Source of the DNA: Fonticula alba ATCC 38817
Taxonomy: Eukaryota > Protista > Nucleariida
Length of the DNA: 64,000 bases
NCBI GenBank assembly: GCA_000388065.2
Contig: KB932203.1
Strand: one strand, 5' to 3'
The notes under the pieces were generated by a model. That model did not search any database. It had not been told where the DNA came from and saw only the letters and a program-made list of their open reading frames with translations. Positions 61,861 through 64,000 of this stretch are shown piece by piece. Each line of letters opens with the position of its first letter. The first letter of the stretch is position 1. A program made the translations under genes and the position numbers.

Positions 61861-62956
61861 GGGGGGGGAGCAGAGCCGGGAGGTAAATGCTCCAAAGGCA
61901 GGGGGAGAGATATAGGGGGGGGAAAGAGAGGGGAGGGAGAGGAGGAGAAAGTGGGGATGAAGATGGTGTGGGGAAAGAAAGGGGCCAAGGAGGAGGGGAG
62001 TAGATCTCTCCCTTTTATTTTTCCCAACTCCCCCGAGGGGGATGCCATCTACAGCGACCAAGCTCCCGAAATATCCATCACTTGCTCGTCGCACCTTCAC
62101 CCCCCAGAAGAAGAGTCCCACCATCCTCTCCTCCCCGTCGGGGGGGGGGGAAGGGGGCGGCTGGCTAGCTAAAAAGAAAGGAAAAAAAGCGCAGACGTGA
62201 TCGGGCAATCGGGCCAGCCGAATCCCATGGTGGCTGGCGATCGCCATCCCAGCCTCCTTTCCCCGGGCTCGGAGGCCGAGTTGGGATCGGGCCCCACGCT
62301 CGCTCGTCAATCGGCCCTCGCCCCGTCAGCGTGCGTCGGACGGCCAGCAGCCCTGCTCAAGCGGACCGTGCCTCGGCTCGGTCCCCCCCCCCCCCTGGCA
62401 TCCCTCCCTGCGCCTCGGCCCGCCCCCTCCCCAGCCAGCCGGGGCAGCCGGGGCTTCTCCCCACGGGTGTGCGGCTTCCTGGGCAGATCTAAAAGCAAGC
62501 GGAGATCCGGCCGCACCCCGGCACAACACGGCCCAGGGCGAGTCCCGGGAGTGTCAAGCATGGCAAGCCGGCCAAAGGACGTGTGCGCTTTTCGGGCGGG
62601 AATTGCCCAGCCGCCGAAAAGGGGGCGCCGCGAAGCTCCCTGCCAACGCACGCGCGGACGACGGGATTAATTGCCTGGTGCCGACGGAGCTCGCGTGATC
62701 CCGGGGCTCTGGACCCTAAGTTAAGTGGGACAGACAGCCCAGAAGCGCCCGGGGTGCTGGTGTTGTGCCGGAGTGAAGTTAAGCGCGGCCCTGACACCGG
62801 CCACATGTAACCCACAACCGGGCATTCAGCACCCCTCTGTCTTTTCGCCTCGCCGCACCTCGCCTTGGGTGACCATTCGTGTCGGCTCGCCACGCGCCAC
62901 ATAGAGCCACCAATTTTTACCACGCACACACACGCGCCTACACGCACACACGCGCC

Positions 62957-63900
62957 ATGAATCCATTAAAGCCCGCGGCATCTTCCAAAGCAAAGCCCAG
63001 CTCGCCGACCGAGCAGCAGGCTCACTCTCCTTCGAAGTCGGAGCTCGGGAAGAGCGCCACAAGGCAGCCCGAGCAGCCGGCCGTGGCGGGCATACGGCTC
63101 GGCATCGCGGCGTCCCCGAGGAGAGATGCTCCAGAGGAGGCCGCCACGCGCCACACCCGGCCACAGCTTCAGGCCCACTCAAACGACGAGAATGCCGAGC
63201 CGCCTGTTTCGGTGCCCCCACCGGAGGCCAAGCTGCCGGAGGAACTGCTACTTCCGTCAAGCACGACTCCCTCATCCGTGCCCCACTCCGGTTCGGATTC
63301 CAATCCCGACTCCGATCCCAAGCCCGATCCCCAGGGAGCCCGGATGCTGCAGCCACTTGCACCGGAGGCCCATGCCGCACAGGCACCCACATCCCAGATC
63401 GAGCCCATGAGCGACCGGTCCTCGCACGGGCTATCGTCGGTCAGCTCGTCCGAGCGGATGGTCATTGACCATATGAAGAAGTTGCAGCCCGGCTCGCCAC
63501 AGTCGGTGCGACCTCGCGTGGTGGCGCCGTCCTCGGTGGTCAGGCATGCGGCTGCCCTGTCGGCGGCCTCGTCGCCCCCGACCTCGTCGCCCTGCCACTC
63601 GGATGTCGAGCCGGCGGGCACGGATGCCTTTGGGACGGTCACCGGCGCCGGCGCGGCGGCAGCCGTGGCAGCGGTACTGGTGCCCCCGTCGCCGGCTTTG
63701 CTGACGACCTCGGCCCCGGAGGAGCCCTTGCGCCGGCGGGCCAACGGTGAAAAGCATCCCTCCATCATCATGGAGCTGCTCAAGCAGCTGAAGGTCGGCA
63801 TGGACTTGCACAAGATCACCCTGCCGGCCTTCATCCTCGAGCCGAAGTCCCTGCTGGAGAAGATTTCCGACTACATGTCCCATCCGAAGTTCATCATCAA
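62957..63900 (+). CDS. Oxysterol-binding protein-related protein (ORP/Osh), first exon; gene continues beyond the window
   Basis: After about 270 aa of disordered sequence comes KHPSIIMELLKQLKVGMDLHKITLPAFILEPKSLLEK, the N-terminal lid motif of the ORD domain. A GTGCGT donor follows at 63901. Confidence 0.88.
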
Positions 63901-64000
63901 GTGCGTGAGATGAAGGGGCGCTGGAACGGTGGCAGGCCGCCCCTGGCAACCCGGGGCTGTGGCAGGGGGGCATTTGACGCGATGGGTGGAGGGGGGGAAG

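Overview
GC-rich, intron-containing eukaryotic DNA from a protist. Introns are short with GTGCGT/GTACGT/GTATGT/GTGAGT donors, CTAAC/CTGAC branch points and C-run or (CT)n tracts. The style and gene content suggest a unicellular opisthokont such as Fonticula; this is inference, not verified. I read 14 protein-coding genes, rebuilt by hand from splice signals and reading phase: a PqaA/AprA-like hydrolase (5' truncated), a GPAT3/4/9-type acyltransferase, three secreted EEP-superfamily paralogs, QTRT2 lying among them, an exostosin/GT47 glycosyltransferase, BLOC1S2, an Hst3/Hst4-type sirtuin, RNA polymerase I largest subunit, a ~17 kb Furry/Tao3 gene, an orphan type II membrane protein, a divergent CTL/SLC44-like membrane protein and an OSBP-related protein (3' truncated). 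There are four assembly gaps and several microsatellites. I found no rRNA, tRNA, CRISPR array or transposon. The best candidate for an undescribed system is 8.4-17.0 kb. It holds three bacterial-like, signal-peptide-bearing EEP enzymes that share a C-x7-C pair. Two look catalytically intact and intronless; the third looks catalytically degenerate and membrane-anchored. They bracket the queuine tRNA-ribosyltransferase accessory subunit. All family calls are from motif recognition; no database search was run.
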